In this document: positions 27,711-37,933 of the stretch, one piece after another
Layout of the letters: every line of letters starts with the position of its first letter
Position numbering within the stretch: the stretch's first letter is position 1
From: a virus
Virus record (IMG/VR): IMGVR_UViG_3300037339_000405
Location: 1 to 64,000 of that record
Reading direction: 5' to 3' (one strand)
Length of the DNA: 64,000 bases
Notes under the pieces: generated by a model
What the model saw: the letters and a program-made list of their open reading frames with translations, nothing else
The model's database searches: none
Told to the model about the DNA's origin: nothing
Position numbers and translations under genes: made by a program

Positions 27711-30026
27711 TCAAACCACCGTCGGAACCTGCCCTGTTATCACCATGGCCCCAACATCCATGTGGATACTGTGAACCGCTCGCCACCCAGTCAACACCAA
27801 CACTCCGCGCGAAACGATGATGTTCAAAGCGATCACCGGCACTTTCCCTGTCACTACCATACTTCCCTTGGCGGGAGCTATCGCAAAGCTTAGCTTCGGA
27901 GCGTACCCACGAACAACCAACTGCCCCGTTGCGGGGTAGCTGATGGGAACCACCAAGCCCGGCGCAAAGGTCGTGACTCTCAAGAACCCGGTGCCGGTAG
28001 GCACGCCCAACGCCGACATGGACAGCACATCCATGGGTATCGCAACCAGAATCTCCTGAAACACCTCGTACTCAATCGGATCGGTGTCAACGGCGAGTAT
28101 ATCCGGAGCAGTGACTCGGAACTCTGTCGGATAACTAGCCTCCAACAGGAGAGTCTCCCCCGGGGGCGGTACCGAGTAGTTCCCACGATAACCTTGCCAC
28201 GACGTAGCCAAAGGTCCGGACGCTGCGTGCGCGCCGTACTCCACTGTCATTGCAGGAGGAGGGGGAATGATGGGCGGATCAGGCACAGGAGGCGGCGCCG
28301 GGGCCGCCAACGGCGTGCTCTGCTGAATGCCTACCGCAGAAATGCTCGACAGCGCCAACTTCACGTCCATCGTGGCCGCGCCGGTATCGTTGTCCATCGA
28401 AAACACGAATTGCCGCACCTTGCCCTTGGCCCTGAGTCTGTCGTAATCAATCTCCACCGTGTGCGGCAAATCCAGAACCGGGTTCAACAGAGCTTGGAAC
28501 CGCACCGAGCTTCCTCTATGGCTCGCCTTGATCGTGGTGGAGGCTTTGGCGATGAGCGTCAGCACCGCAGCATCGGATTCCACTCTCCCGTTACCGGCTT
28601 CATAGTGGTAATCCAGAAAGGGCTCACCATTACTCATCTCGCCAAGGTCAGTCGGGGGCACCAGCCTGCTCGATTCCCACGCCTGCGAATCGAACTTCAC
28701 CTCCATCGCCCCGGAATCAGTAGATTGCAGGATGCCCACCTCGGTGATCGACAGGGGGCAGGACACCGTGATGGTGTACTGCTCAGTGATGGGCTGCGCC
28801 CACCGCCGCATCAGCCAAACGCTGCCGCCCCAGCAAAGAGTCTCCCGCAACCCGGGATTGACGTACCAGATGCCTCCGTAGATGGCCTGATTCGCCGGGA
28901 TCTCGTAGAACGAGACCCCCATAAGATCCCAGCCGGAAATGCCCCCCGCACCGCGCTGAATCATCTCCTTAGATGGCAGGGTGAACCCCGAAAATACGAA
29001 CGGATAATTCGGAGCAACCAGCGCATTGATCGCTGGAAGCTGGAACGAGTAGACATAGCTTCTAGCCTTCAACCTCGGAAATCTGAAACCGTACTCGATC
29101 ACCACCTTGTTCACGATCTGCGAGCGGTTGGCTACTTCCACCTCCAGACTGCCATCTATGATGTTGTCCAGTGCAGTGTTGTCGAATTTAAGATCAGCCA
29201 CATCAGACGACGCCCACCCGTAGGAGCGCACCACGCGATACGGGTTCATGTCCACAGACTTGGGCACCGTGCTTGCCTGTGCCTGAAAGTACTCGTAGCT
29301 GTTCATCGTGGGATTGAAAACAAACGGGCTCCAGTGCCCGCCGATCAAAGCGCTGATCTGCTCCCGCGTAAGCTGCCCAACGTAGTTGTTCAGATCGTCG
29401 GTACACTGGAAATTGACCACGTGCAGCACCGGATCATAGGTGGGCACATCCACAAACCCGGTAAACACCCTGACACTGCTTTGCAAGTCGCCATTGGAGG
29501 CGTAGGTTGCAAAGTTGATGGTCACCAGCTTGCCAACCCACGCCGGTATCACCACGTTGGTATCCGGTGGAACCATCTTGAAGCTTGCTATACGGGCTTG
29601 ACCCTCTTCAGCCTCAACCTCAATCGCTCCGGTGCACTGAGTGCTGATGTCCACCCCATCCAGCACTACAATCGATGCCCACCGTGCACCTAGCTGATTG
29701 AAGTCATCAATATCTATGACTTGTATATCTATGTCGTGAACAAACGGCCCGCCGCTCAACTCGCCAACTTTGATTGTCACCGGCAGCGTAACCGGGCTGG
29801 ACCCGAGCAATGCCAACACCGGGCTCACTTCAACCGTGATCAAATCCCCGCTGCTGTTCAACAGCACAAAAGCTTGTGCCGGAATCGGTGCCGCTGTGGC
29901 TAGAACAAGGGTCTCAGAAGTATCTGCAACCGCAAACGAAGAGCCTGTCGCCGCCCCTGCACTTGATTGCACGAGCACCAGACTGCCATCGGCGACAAGC
30001 CCTACAAAGAACTGATCAAGGACCAT
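27711..30026 (-). CDS. Tail tip / baseplate hub-like protein
   Basis: 771 aa; 'IEVEAEEGQARIASF...VTI......RVFTGFVD.P.YD....V.FQCTD' hub-like pattern; downstream of the tape measure. Confidence 0.6.
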   Translation of the reverse strand: MVLDQFFVGLVADGSLVLVQSSAGAATGSSFAVADTSETLVLATAAPIPAQAFVLLNSSGDLITVEVSPVLALLGSSPVTLPVTIKVGELSGGPFVHDIDIQVIDIDDFNQLGARWASIVVLDGVDISTQCTGAIEVEAEEGQARIASFKMVPPDTNVVIPAWVGKLVTINFATYASNGDLQSSVRVFTGFVDVPTYDPVLHVVNFQCTDDLNNYVGQLTREQISALIGGHWSPFVFNPTMNSYEYFQAQASTVPKSVDMNPYRVVRSYGWASSDVADLKFDNTALDNIIDGSLEVEVANRSQIVNKVVIEYGFRFPRLKARSYVYSFQLPAINALVAPNYPFVFSGFTLPSKEMIQRGAGGISGWDLMGVSFYEIPANQAIYGGIWYVNPGLRETLCWGGSVWLMRRWAQPITEQYTITVSCPLSITEVGILQSTDSGAMEVKFDSQAWESSRLVPPTDLGEMSNGEPFLDYHYEAGNGRVESDAAVLTLIAKASTTIKASHRGSSVRFQALLNPVLDLPHTVEIDYDRLRAKGKVRQFVFSMDNDTGAATMDVKLALSSISAVGIQQSTPLAAPAPPPVPDPPIIPPPPAMTVEYGAHAASGPLATSWQGYRGNYSVPPPGETLLLEASYPTEFRVTAPDILAVDTDPIEYEVFQEILVAIPMDVLSMSALGVPTGTGFLRVTTFAPGLVVPISYPATGQLVVRGYAPKLSFAIAPAKGSMVVTGKVPVIALNIIVSRGVLVLTGWRAVHSIHMDVGAMVITGQVPTVV

Positions 30027-30033
30027 GAAGCAA

Positions 30034-31911
30034 CTACGCTTCCGAAATCTTCTCTACACTAGCCAGCACTTCTTCCCATACCTCCCCATTCTGAGACACC
30101 ACCAGATCAGAAACGTCGTTGATTGCGGCGTACATGCCGTCCTTCCACACAAAGTCGGTCAAAGACACAGATAGACCAGCCGGGCGCAACACTGTAGCCC
30201 CCCAGTCGCGGACAATGGCCCCCGCTGCAATTAACTGCATGGCGGACTGATGAGCACTCACAGGGGCCAGAATCATTGCAACGCCCAAATCGCTTGAAGC
30301 CAGAATGTGATCGAACAACACAGCTTCTGGATCAAACGTGTACCCGACAGCAAGCGCGAACACTGTATCCGGCGTGGCTAGTAAGGACAGCCAGACGTGC
30401 CTACGCGGGTAGGAATTCTGATCGTAGTCCCAAGCTTGTCTGACATCCCCGAGGGTATTGGCATCCGTAACCGCTACCTCGGCGTAAGTCGCATCGATGG
30501 TCTTGAACACCCTACCCTTTAGAGAAACCGCGAACAGGTCCATCCCGCTAGTGCGGGAGTCATACCTGACGCAGGTGATCCGATCAGTGAAAGGCTCTTG
30601 CGGGTAAGCAGGCGTTAGCAACTCAACTATCTCCACCTTGGTCAGAGCATCCCCATTCGTAGAATAAAATACGAAACGACCGCCCCATGCAACTACTTGC
30701 CCGTTGGCAATATCAAGATTAAGCTGGGTATCCGCTTGATAGTCTGCGTCCGTTTCCGTGTACGTTGCAAACGTAACTCCGTCCGTACTATGCCTTATCT
30801 GCGTGGCAGAAATACGTGCCGCAAATTCAGATGCAGTCAATGACACGTCGCCCCCAAACACGCTGCCCGGGAAAGACCCAGACGTAGAGAAAGTACTAGC
30901 CCATGAAGAATCCGTTGCTGGGGTAGTAGTCTCATACACGCCCCAATTACTAGCACTTTCATTGACGATTAAAGCTCTGTATTTCGCACTACCTGAATCG
31001 TAACCTACACCACAAACCCAACGGTTAGGTTGCGAAGTTCCTACGGTGTGCTCTACCCAAGTGTCCCCGTTGTTGGACGAATAAACATAGCCAGATAGCC
31101 CATAGGCAAATAGATTCCCGTTGAGACGCCGAATACCTCTACTCGGAAGCACTCCACCGGAAGGCGAAAAACTAAGAGACCACGTCCCGCCATTCTTGCT
31201 CCGATACAAGCGCCCGTTGGACGTAAGAGCAAACCGGTAAATGTCGGTCGCCGTGTAAGCCAAACACGCTATCCCGGTGTAACCCCCCGCTATCCAAAGC
31301 GCAGCCAAGCCAGAGTCGCCATCCCAAGTGGTACCTGCTGCATTGGCAGAGAGAGCCGTCTTGGCCCCCACTGCAAAACCCGTCGAACCATCTTCAGACC
31401 AGTCGTACACCCCTCCTCGAACAAAGGAATGCCTCCCAACAATCGCATCTTCGGCAAGCACTTCCAGAACATGCGTAGTCCCAACTAGGGAAGCAGCATC
31501 AAACCCGCAAATCTGCCCACCCGAGTTGAGGAAGCGTACCGACTCTCGCCCGCTGATCTCCGGATCACCACCACAGTAAATAGAAAACAAGGTGCCCGTG
31601 TTGGTGGTGTCAACGAACGTTTCTGTAATGGTTGTTGGCCCTACTGCAATCTCGTATAGCTCCCCGTCTTGACCGTAGGAATACACGATGCGCTTGGTCA
31701 TCTTGCGCCCGCGCTGGGGCTTGATGAACGCGGGCTCGGAGGTAAGAGGACCAAGATCAGTAGGAGTACCCGCCTGCGTGCCGTCCGTCATCCACACTGT
31801 ACCGTCAGCGAAGACGAAGAACATGCCGTCCGAATTCCTCACCACCCCATAGACCGTGGTCGGAGCCGGGCTGATGTTATGGAATAGCGATGAAATCCTA
31901 GCGAGTGCCAT
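30034..31911 (-). CDS. Beta-propeller (BNR/Asp-box) virion protein
   Basis: Repeated Asp-box-like motifs: SKNGGTW, SNNGDTW, STDGVTF, STNGDAL, SSDLG, SQNGEVW. Confidence 0.7.
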   Translation of the reverse strand: MALARISSLFHNISPAPTTVYGVVRNSDGMFFVFADGTVWMTDGTQAGTPTDLGPLTSEPAFIKPQRGRKMTKRIVYSYGQDGELYEIAVGPTTITETFVDTTNTGTLFSIYCGGDPEISGRESVRFLNSGGQICGFDAASLVGTTHVLEVLAEDAIVGRHSFVRGGVYDWSEDGSTGFAVGAKTALSANAAGTTWDGDSGLAALWIAGGYTGIACLAYTATDIYRFALTSNGRLYRSKNGGTWSLSFSPSGGVLPSRGIRRLNGNLFAYGLSGYVYSSNNGDTWVEHTVGTSQPNRWVCGVGYDSGSAKYRALIVNESASNWGVYETTTPATDSSWASTFSTSGSFPGSVFGGDVSLTASEFAARISATQIRHSTDGVTFATYTETDADYQADTQLNLDIANGQVVAWGGRFVFYSTNGDALTKVEIVELLTPAYPQEPFTDRITCVRYDSRTSGMDLFAVSLKGRVFKTIDATYAEVAVTDANTLGDVRQAWDYDQNSYPRRHVWLSLLATPDTVFALAVGYTFDPEAVLFDHILASSDLGVAMILAPVSAHQSAMQLIAAGAIVRDWGATVLRPAGLSVSLTDFVWKDGMYAAINDVSDLVVSQNGEVWEEVLASVEKISEA

Positions 31912-32517
31912 CTATGCCTCCTCAGCGTGCAGACTCCAGCCGTAGGCTGAGCCTCGCACATCAACGTTCTCTCTCAACGGATCGCAGATCACCGTAAGCT
32001 GTGGCCAATACTTGACCCGGTAACCCAACGCCCCGGCAACCACTGTCAGCGTGGCCAACTGTCCTACCATGCCCACCCCTGTCTCCTGCATCAGCCCGGT
32101 AGGCAAGACGACAAAGCCCTGCAGCGGCACATCCGAGCGGTATACAGGCACTAGAATCACGTTGCCTTCTGCACTCGCCACGCGCGGGGCCACGCACTTC
32201 ATGGTCCATGTCTGAGTGATATCAATGTCGGCCAACGCTGGCGGGACGGTACCGTTGCCGCTCACGTCAGTGGCAATCTTTTGCCATGAGCGCTGCCGGC
32301 GCCCGCTTCCCCCCAGCATCCTATGGCTCGCGTAGCCCCCCAGAGCCTCATAGGTCTGCGACAGGTCTGCGGCCGTGTAGAGGGGTACCACCAAGTCCTC
32401 GGACCCGCTGGTGAGCACTAGAGGAGGTACAAGAGCCATCGAAAGATCCTTTCTAACTACGCCCGGAGTACGCCCAGTTACGGCTAGAGCGCCGGCTGCT
32501 GGAAATACGTCCGGCAT
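31912..32517 (-). CDS. Distal tail (Dit-like) protein
   Basis: First gene after the tape measure; ends in the typical 'YGWSLHAEEA'. Confidence 0.55.
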   Translation of the reverse strand: MPDVFPAAGALAVTGRTPGVVRKDLSMALVPPLVLTSGSEDLVVPLYTAADLSQTYEALGGYASHRMLGGSGRRQRSWQKIATDVSGNGTVPPALADIDITQTWTMKCVAPRVASAEGNVILVPVYRSDVPLQGFVVLPTGLMQETGVGMVGQLATLTVVAGALGYRVKYWPQLTVICDPLRENVDVRGSAYGWSLHAEEA

Positions 32518-35500
32518 TACCGCCCCCGGCGCTTCAGGCTCTCGCGCATCACAGCGGCCTTCAAGGACGCAACCACATCAGTCGCTGCCGACATACCAAA
32601 CGTACCGAAGGGCAGAACCAGATTCACGGGAGCCAGTGCGAGATTGCTGCCCGCCTCGGCATTACCCACGCGCAGCGACGAAGACCGGCCCACCACGCCA
32701 CCCGTGGCGAAGCGCGGCATCCTGCGGCGCGGCAATCTCAGTTCATTGACGGCGTGCATGAATGTCTCGCCGTATTTAGCCACGGCCCTCGGGTTCATGA
32801 CGAACTCGCCGCCAGTCAGCCACCCCAGCACAGCATCCAAAGGCGAACGCGGCCCACGCACCGGGCCACCCTCGGCAAACTTCTTGTCCGACAAACCAGA
32901 CAGCGTAGCCGTTACGTTCTTGTTGGGACCCATCAATTCTTCCGGCACGAAGCGCACCGGGATGTTGATCACCATGCCTTGCAACTCGGTCGTCTTGTCC
33001 ACGATGGCCTTATCGTCAGGCATGTAAGCCACCCGCGTAGTGACGATCTTGGCGGACTGCTGTTTCTCGAATTCCTTCAAGGCAGCAGTGGACTCAATCA
33101 AGTTCTCTTTGTCGATCAACTGCAGCTTCTGGCCCTGAAGGCTGACTATCGTCTTCTGTATGTCTGCCAGCTTGGTGTCAAGAGACTGTATGTTGGCGAG
33201 CGTGCTTGCTTGCTCTTCCTTGGTAACCGCTCTTTCTTTTGCTAACAAGGCAATTCGATTGGCCCTGATGATGTTACCTGCTTCAAACGCGTTGGCAGCC
33301 GCTTGAGCCGCCGTCTGAATGGTTACCTCCCCATCCACCACTTCCTGTGAAAACTGCGGGACCAGCGCCGTCTGCCGCTCTATCAAAGCTTTCGCTGTCT
33401 CAAAATCCTTCTTCTGAATAGCAGCCCGTATCTCGGAGGTACGCCGGTCAAACTCCAGTCTGGCATCCCCGATCTTTTGCGAGGAGCCCAGCTGCTGGCG
33501 CTCAAAATCGACCACACTGAATTGCCCCTCGCGCTTCAGGTCGGCGATCTGCTTATCAATTCCCTTGATCTTCTCGCCATACGCCTTGTAGTCCGCCGCC
33601 ATCTTCTGGCGCTCGGCGAACACCGCCTGACTGAGACTCTGGTTGGCCTTGATCTGCGAGGTGATCAGATCCTGCGTGATCTTCTGCATCTCTAGGGCAT
33701 GTGCCCGCGAAAAGGTCCCGTCGTCTTTCCGTAGCGTTCCATATACGGCTAACAAGCGCTTTGCCTCGTTCTCGGCAACGCGCACCATCTCAAGGCTCTG
33801 CGCTTCGGCAATGCGCACCCGTTCCTGCGCGAAACGGTTCTGCGCCTCTCGCACCTCTCCGGTCTTGTTTCGCAGCGTCAACACGTCGAGAGTGTCAGTT
33901 TCCAGCTTAGCCAGCTGCTGACGCTGCGCATCGAAGTTGATCGTGGAAATCTCGCGCAACGCCGCAGCATGCGCGCGTATCTGCTCAGCAGTTTCCTTCT
34001 CTACGACTATCTGTGCTTTGGAGGATTCAGTGCTGCTCTTCACCAGATCAGAACGCAGCTTCTGCTGCCACCTTACATCCTCTTCCGCCCGACCTAGCTC
34101 TACCAAACGTACCCGTAAAAGTATCGCTGCCTGCCCATATTTGTCCTGACTCTCGGCCAGCACCAGCTTGGCTTCAGCATCTTTACGACTCAGTCTGATA
34201 TCCTCCTCATACTTTTTTAACTGAGCGTCCGTCAAAGCGGATACTTCCGCCAATCCCTTAGTCTCCACTCCAGTTGCAGCAACCCCTGCTACCGCTAGAG
34301 CTTCCTGAGCCTCCTTAACAGCCTTCACCTTTACAGCATGCTGTTCCAGCCTGCTGTTAATGTCCTTGTAGGCCGCTACCAACGCCACAGCGCCAGCCAC
34401 AGCAACTGCCAGCACCCTACCTACCGGGGTGAAAGCGAGCAGTCCTAGGCCCTTCTTGACCAGTTCCAGAGAACTGGCCAGCAAAGTCACTTCCCCCGCA
34501 GCAACGACTGCCGCTTTGCCTGTCGCAGCTGTTGCAGCGGTTGCAGCCGTAAGCAGCGCCGGCAGGGGCCTAAGCACCTTGATCAAGGCGGCGCCAGCTT
34601 TCACTAGACTAAAGATAGCAAGGCCAAACCCCAGCAATGCCGTGATGGTCGGGTGAATTTCGGCAAGATGCTTGATCGTAGTAAACAGGGAATCAAGTAC
34701 TCGTATGGCAGGCAAAATAAACTCAAGCATCGCCGTGCCAATCTGCTCAAAGGCCAGCCGCACCGTGTTAGCCAACAGAACAAATTGCTGGCCCGCCGAG
34801 CTTTGCACCCTTCCAGCTTGGGAATCCATCCGCCCCAAGGCTTCATTAAGCCCCTCCATGGAACTCGTGAGACCCTCGACTCCTTCCTTTGCCAGCGTCT
34901 GAACAGATGCGAAAATCCGGGCGTTACCCGTCAAGCCCGTGAGAGCGGTTTCTCCATTCTTGGCAGCATCCGTTACGATCTTCAGGGCGCCCGCAAGCCC
35001 CCGCGACTTGATCGCGGCTTCCGCACTCTTGAACCCTGCCTGTTCAAACACCTCCACCAACTCTTTGGAGGGCCTGCTAATCGCTACAATCACACTTTGA
35101 AGAGTGGAAAGAGAGCGCTGCGGAGACAGCCCTGAATTGGCCAGAGAGATCAGGCTTCCCTGCAACTCCTCGAAAGAAATACCAAGCTCCTGTGCGGTCG
35201 GTATCAGGTTACCCAGCCCTCTCGACAGCTGTTGAAAGGACAACCCGCTCCGCTGGGAAGTGAGCAACAGCTGATCCGCCACTTTGGAAGCCTGAGTACC
35301 TGCCAACCCATAGCCTTGCAGGACCGTGGTGACGGCTTGCATCGTGGAGGCGTAACCCTCGCCATTTATGATCCCCAGCTTCAATGCCGTGTTAACCACC
35401 TCCTGAGCCTCTGTGGCACTCTTGGCGCCCGCACTGAACGCAGTACCGTAGAGCTTGGCCACCTCATCAGCAGCCACGCCGTAGGCTTTTGAAGAGGCTT

Positions 35501-36092
35501 CTACCGCAGTGGATACTTCCTTGGTGGTTACTCCGAAATCCTCCGCGCGGAGTTGCGCACGCAAAACCTCGGTTTCCAACTCGGCAGCGCCCTTGATGGC
35601 AACATTGAAAAACGCCCCGATGGATACCGCCCCGCCCGTCAACGTGGCAACCGCTGACAGGAATTCACGCATGGTGTCATTCAGCTTCTTGACAGCCAAC
35701 TGAGAGTGCTTAGCCCCGTCCTCAATGGGCTTGAACATGCCCGTGCTCTTTTGCTTTACCTCCTGAACCGTGGAGTCAAGCTCCTTCAACTGCTTGTCGG
35801 CTTCTGAGGCTCCGGCAGAAACGGTTTGGACAGTCTCTCCCTTCAACCGTGCTACCGCAGCCCCAAACTGCTCAACCTTGTTTTTCGTCTCGTCAGTAGT
35901 CCTGCCAACAAGCTTCATGCCGTCCATCAGCGACAGCGCGAATTCTTGCTTAACGTCACGCTTATCTCCCAACTGCTGAAGCTCGGTGATCTTGGCTACC
36001 AAGCCATCAACATCTTCAGTCGTCTGCTTGATGATGCCTTCAGCTAGGTTTTGTACTGCAAGCGTTACCTCAATGCGAGTCTGATCAGCCAT
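32517..36092 (-). CDS. Tail tape measure protein (TP901-like core)
   Basis: 1191 aa, Ala/Leu-rich helical, with a central hydrophobic segment and C-terminal 'FAEGGPVRGP..D.V...LT.GEFVM...AV..YG'. Confidence 0.92.
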   Translation of the reverse strand: MADQTRIEVTLAVQNLAEGIIKQTTEDVDGLVAKITELQQLGDKRDVKQEFALSLMDGMKLVGRTTDETKNKVEQFGAAVARLKGETVQTVSAGASEADKQLKELDSTVQEVKQKSTGMFKPIEDGAKHSQLAVKKLNDTMREFLSAVATLTGGAVSIGAFFNVAIKGAAELETEVLRAQLRAEDFGVTTKEVSTAVEASSKAYGVAADEVAKLYGTAFSAGAKSATEAQEVVNTALKLGIINGEGYASTMQAVTTVLQGYGLAGTQASKVADQLLLTSQRSGLSFQQLSRGLGNLIPTAQELGISFEELQGSLISLANSGLSPQRSLSTLQSVIVAISRPSKELVEVFEQAGFKSAEAAIKSRGLAGALKIVTDAAKNGETALTGLTGNARIFASVQTLAKEGVEGLTSSMEGLNEALGRMDSQAGRVQSSAGQQFVLLANTVRLAFEQIGTAMLEFILPAIRVLDSLFTTIKHLAEIHPTITALLGFGLAIFSLVKAGAALIKVLRPLPALLTAATAATAATGKAAVVAAGEVTLLASSLELVKKGLGLLAFTPVGRVLAVAVAGAVALVAAYKDINSRLEQHAVKVKAVKEAQEALAVAGVAATGVETKGLAEVSALTDAQLKKYEEDIRLSRKDAEAKLVLAESQDKYGQAAILLRVRLVELGRAEEDVRWQQKLRSDLVKSSTESSKAQIVVEKETAEQIRAHAAALREISTINFDAQRQQLAKLETDTLDVLTLRNKTGEVREAQNRFAQERVRIAEAQSLEMVRVAENEAKRLLAVYGTLRKDDGTFSRAHALEMQKITQDLITSQIKANQSLSQAVFAERQKMAADYKAYGEKIKGIDKQIADLKREGQFSVVDFERQQLGSSQKIGDARLEFDRRTSEIRAAIQKKDFETAKALIERQTALVPQFSQEVVDGEVTIQTAAQAAANAFEAGNIIRANRIALLAKERAVTKEEQASTLANIQSLDTKLADIQKTIVSLQGQKLQLIDKENLIESTAALKEFEKQQSAKIVTTRVAYMPDDKAIVDKTTELQGMVINIPVRFVPEELMGPNKNVTATLSGLSDKKFAEGGPVRGPRSPLDAVLGWLTGGEFVMNPRAVAKYGETFMHAVNELRLPRRRMPRFATGGVVGRSSSLRVGNAEAGSNLALAPVNLVLPFGTFGMSAATDVVASLKAAVMRESLKRRGR

Positions 36093-36282
36093 CGTAGTGG
36101 TCCTTGATGAATTTCAAGAAGCTTTTCTTGTCCGCTTGGGTAGCGACGCGCATCATCAACAGCTGATCGTAAGCCTCGTTACTGTGTCGCGCCCGCGCGA
36201 GCGTGTGAAACATCCACAGCTGACGCAGGGTATACCCCATGATCTGTGGCAACAAATGGCCGTTTGCGCACAGGTATTCCAC
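36085..36282 (-). CDS. Tail assembly chaperone, C-terminal (gpT-like) part
   Basis: Lies between the chaperone and the tape measure, in the -1 frame relative to 36291..36743; that frame stays open well upstream. Confidence 0.65.
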   Translation of the reverse strand: MEYLCANGHLLPQIMGYTLRQLWMFHTLARARHSNEAYDQLLMMRVATQADKKSFLKFIKDHYDG

Positions 36283-36290
36283 CGCAGTCC

Positions 36291-36743
36291 CTAGTGCCCT
36301 TTGCCAATCTTGATCACCTTCTTGGCCGGTCTCATGACTTCGTTCACGGCGCCTGCGGCGATCTCGTCCAGCTTCATTCGGGCTGCCATCCTTCCCGCGC
36401 CTGCCGCGAGACTGCGGAGCATCTTTACAAACTCATCCTCATCAAGAACCGTCAACTCCCACACATCCTGCAGTGCCTTCAGCTGCACTTGCAGAGGCAG
36501 CTTACTGACCATGCCAGCCTCGCCCGGCTCGTCGGCCGCGTAGGCGATGATTGACGCACAGAACTCCGGGGAGTTAACCAGAATCTGCTCTATCGTGGTG
36601 GCGCCGCTGAACAGGGCATTGGTAGTCTCCGGATTCAGCTTCAACAGCATCACAATGTCGTTAAGTGTCAACCCCCGCACCTCAAACTTGCCAGAGGGGG
36701 CAACAATCTCGCGCTTCTCTATCTTCAGATCCTTCAAACCCAT
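36291..36743 (-). CDS. Tail assembly chaperone (gpG-like)
   Basis: Between the tail tube and tape measure genes; 'FEVRGLTLNDI..L' pattern. Confidence 0.75.
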   Translation of the reverse strand: MGLKDLKIEKREIVAPSGKFEVRGLTLNDIVMLLKLNPETTNALFSGATTIEQILVNSPEFCASIIAYAADEPGEAGMVSKLPLQVQLKALQDVWELTVLDEDEFVKMLRSLAAGAGRMAARMKLDEIAAGAVNEVMRPAKKVIKIGKGH

Positions 36744-36810
36744 GGCTCACTCCCTTGGCCTAGTGTTAACTGCAACCGCCTGCAACTAACTGCACGCCCT
36801 CCATGGCATG

Positions 36811-36837
36811 AAAAGAAGGGGGCCGAAGCCCCCTTTT
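36811..36837 (-). terminator. Intrinsic terminator after the major tail gene
   Basis: Minus strand reads AAGGGGGC-TTCG-GCCCCCTT-CTTTT. Confidence 0.85.
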
Positions 36838-36870
36838 CAAAACTACCCCACCCTCAACAACACCCCATTC

Positions 36871-37896
36871 TTACCTGATGGTACGCACGTTGAAGAACTT
36901 GCTCCCGCTGGTGCGCAAAGAATCCGCGAGCGCATTGCCCTCGATCTGGAACTGCGCAAGATCCTCGGTGATGAGCGCCAGTTCCTGCAGCGGGCTCGCC
37001 TGCAGCCTGAACACATCCACAACCACCGGGCTATTGCCGTCCGCAGTGTTGAGACCCTCGAAACGCACGTACTTCTCAAGCGTGCCTTGCGTCAGGGCAT
37101 CCATCCTCTGCTGCGCCGCATAGCTGTAATCAACGTCCAGCGTGAAACCATCCGTCTCAAGCTCACCCCCAGACGTGTAGGCAAGGGCCACCGTGGAAGT
37201 GTTGATCGTGACAGACGTGTTGGCAACGAACGACACAACCAGATGCCGCCTGTCATTAAGCACGGTGCTCATTGTGCCCGTGACAGCAGTAATGCCGACA
37301 TAGCCCCCCACCACTACACCTGCGGTGTTCGCAATAGAAACCACTGCGTTGGTAGCCACTGACACAGCAGTAATTGCCACGCCGTCATCAGCCAGCTTGT
37401 CAAACAACTGCGCCCCCAACCCATCGTTGAAGTACAGCGAGCCCGCGTCGGTATTGGTCTTGTAATCCCACGGCGTATTGTCATCCACATACGGGGTGAG
37501 CGTTACAGCGTTGATCCCAACAACTACCGTAGAAACCCGGAGGTTCTCCAGCGGAGTCACCTTGCCGAAGTAGCCAAGAGGAGACTCGTTTGTGACACTG
37601 CCAGCGTTCTTGATCGTCACGTTGCCGCGAAGCGCCACCGCAAGGTTCTCCGCGATCACGTTCTCGACTGTGAAAGCCACCGTCACGTTAGTCTCCTGAT
37701 TCAGCCGGAGATCAATCGCGCGTTGGCCTGACTGAGACTCCTTGTGCTCAAGGTTGGTCTCATCCACGCTTATGGTAAGTTCCGGCACGTTGCCAACAGG
37801 CACAAGACCCGCCGGAGCCCCAAGGGCATCCCGGTCCCCTATCATCAGCACGCCTTGGCCGGAGTAGTAGTAGCTCTGGCGGTCCCAAGTGCTCAT
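36871..37896 (-). CDS. Major tail tube protein
   Basis: 'YYSGQG.LMIG......G...VGNVPEL.I....EHKESQSG.R..D' and 'RFEGLNTAD...VVVD' patterns; followed by a strong terminator. Confidence 0.85.
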   Translation of the reverse strand: MSTWDRQSYYYSGQGVLMIGDRDALGAPAGLVPVGNVPELTISVDETNLEHKESQSGQRAIDLRLNQETNVTVAFTVENVIAENLAVALRGNVTIKNAGSVTNESPLGYFGKVTPLENLRVSTVVVGINAVTLTPYVDDNTPWDYKTNTDAGSLYFNDGLGAQLFDKLADDGVAITAVSVATNAVVSIANTAGVVVGGYVGITAVTGTMSTVLNDRRHLVVSFVANTSVTINTSTVALAYTSGGELETDGFTLDVDYSYAAQQRMDALTQGTLEKYVRFEGLNTADGNSPVVVDVFRLQASPLQELALITEDLAQFQIEGNALADSLRTSGSKFFNVRTIR

Positions 37897-37933
37897 TTCA
37901 TGTCTCCTTGATTATGCGTCTGGCCTAAGATGG

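Noticed and set aside
28194-29693. Long plus-strand ORFs (this 499-aa one and many others in the track)
   Set aside because: They are antisense shadows of well-supported minus-strand genes, with no recognisable motifs and Arg/His/Pro-skewed composition.
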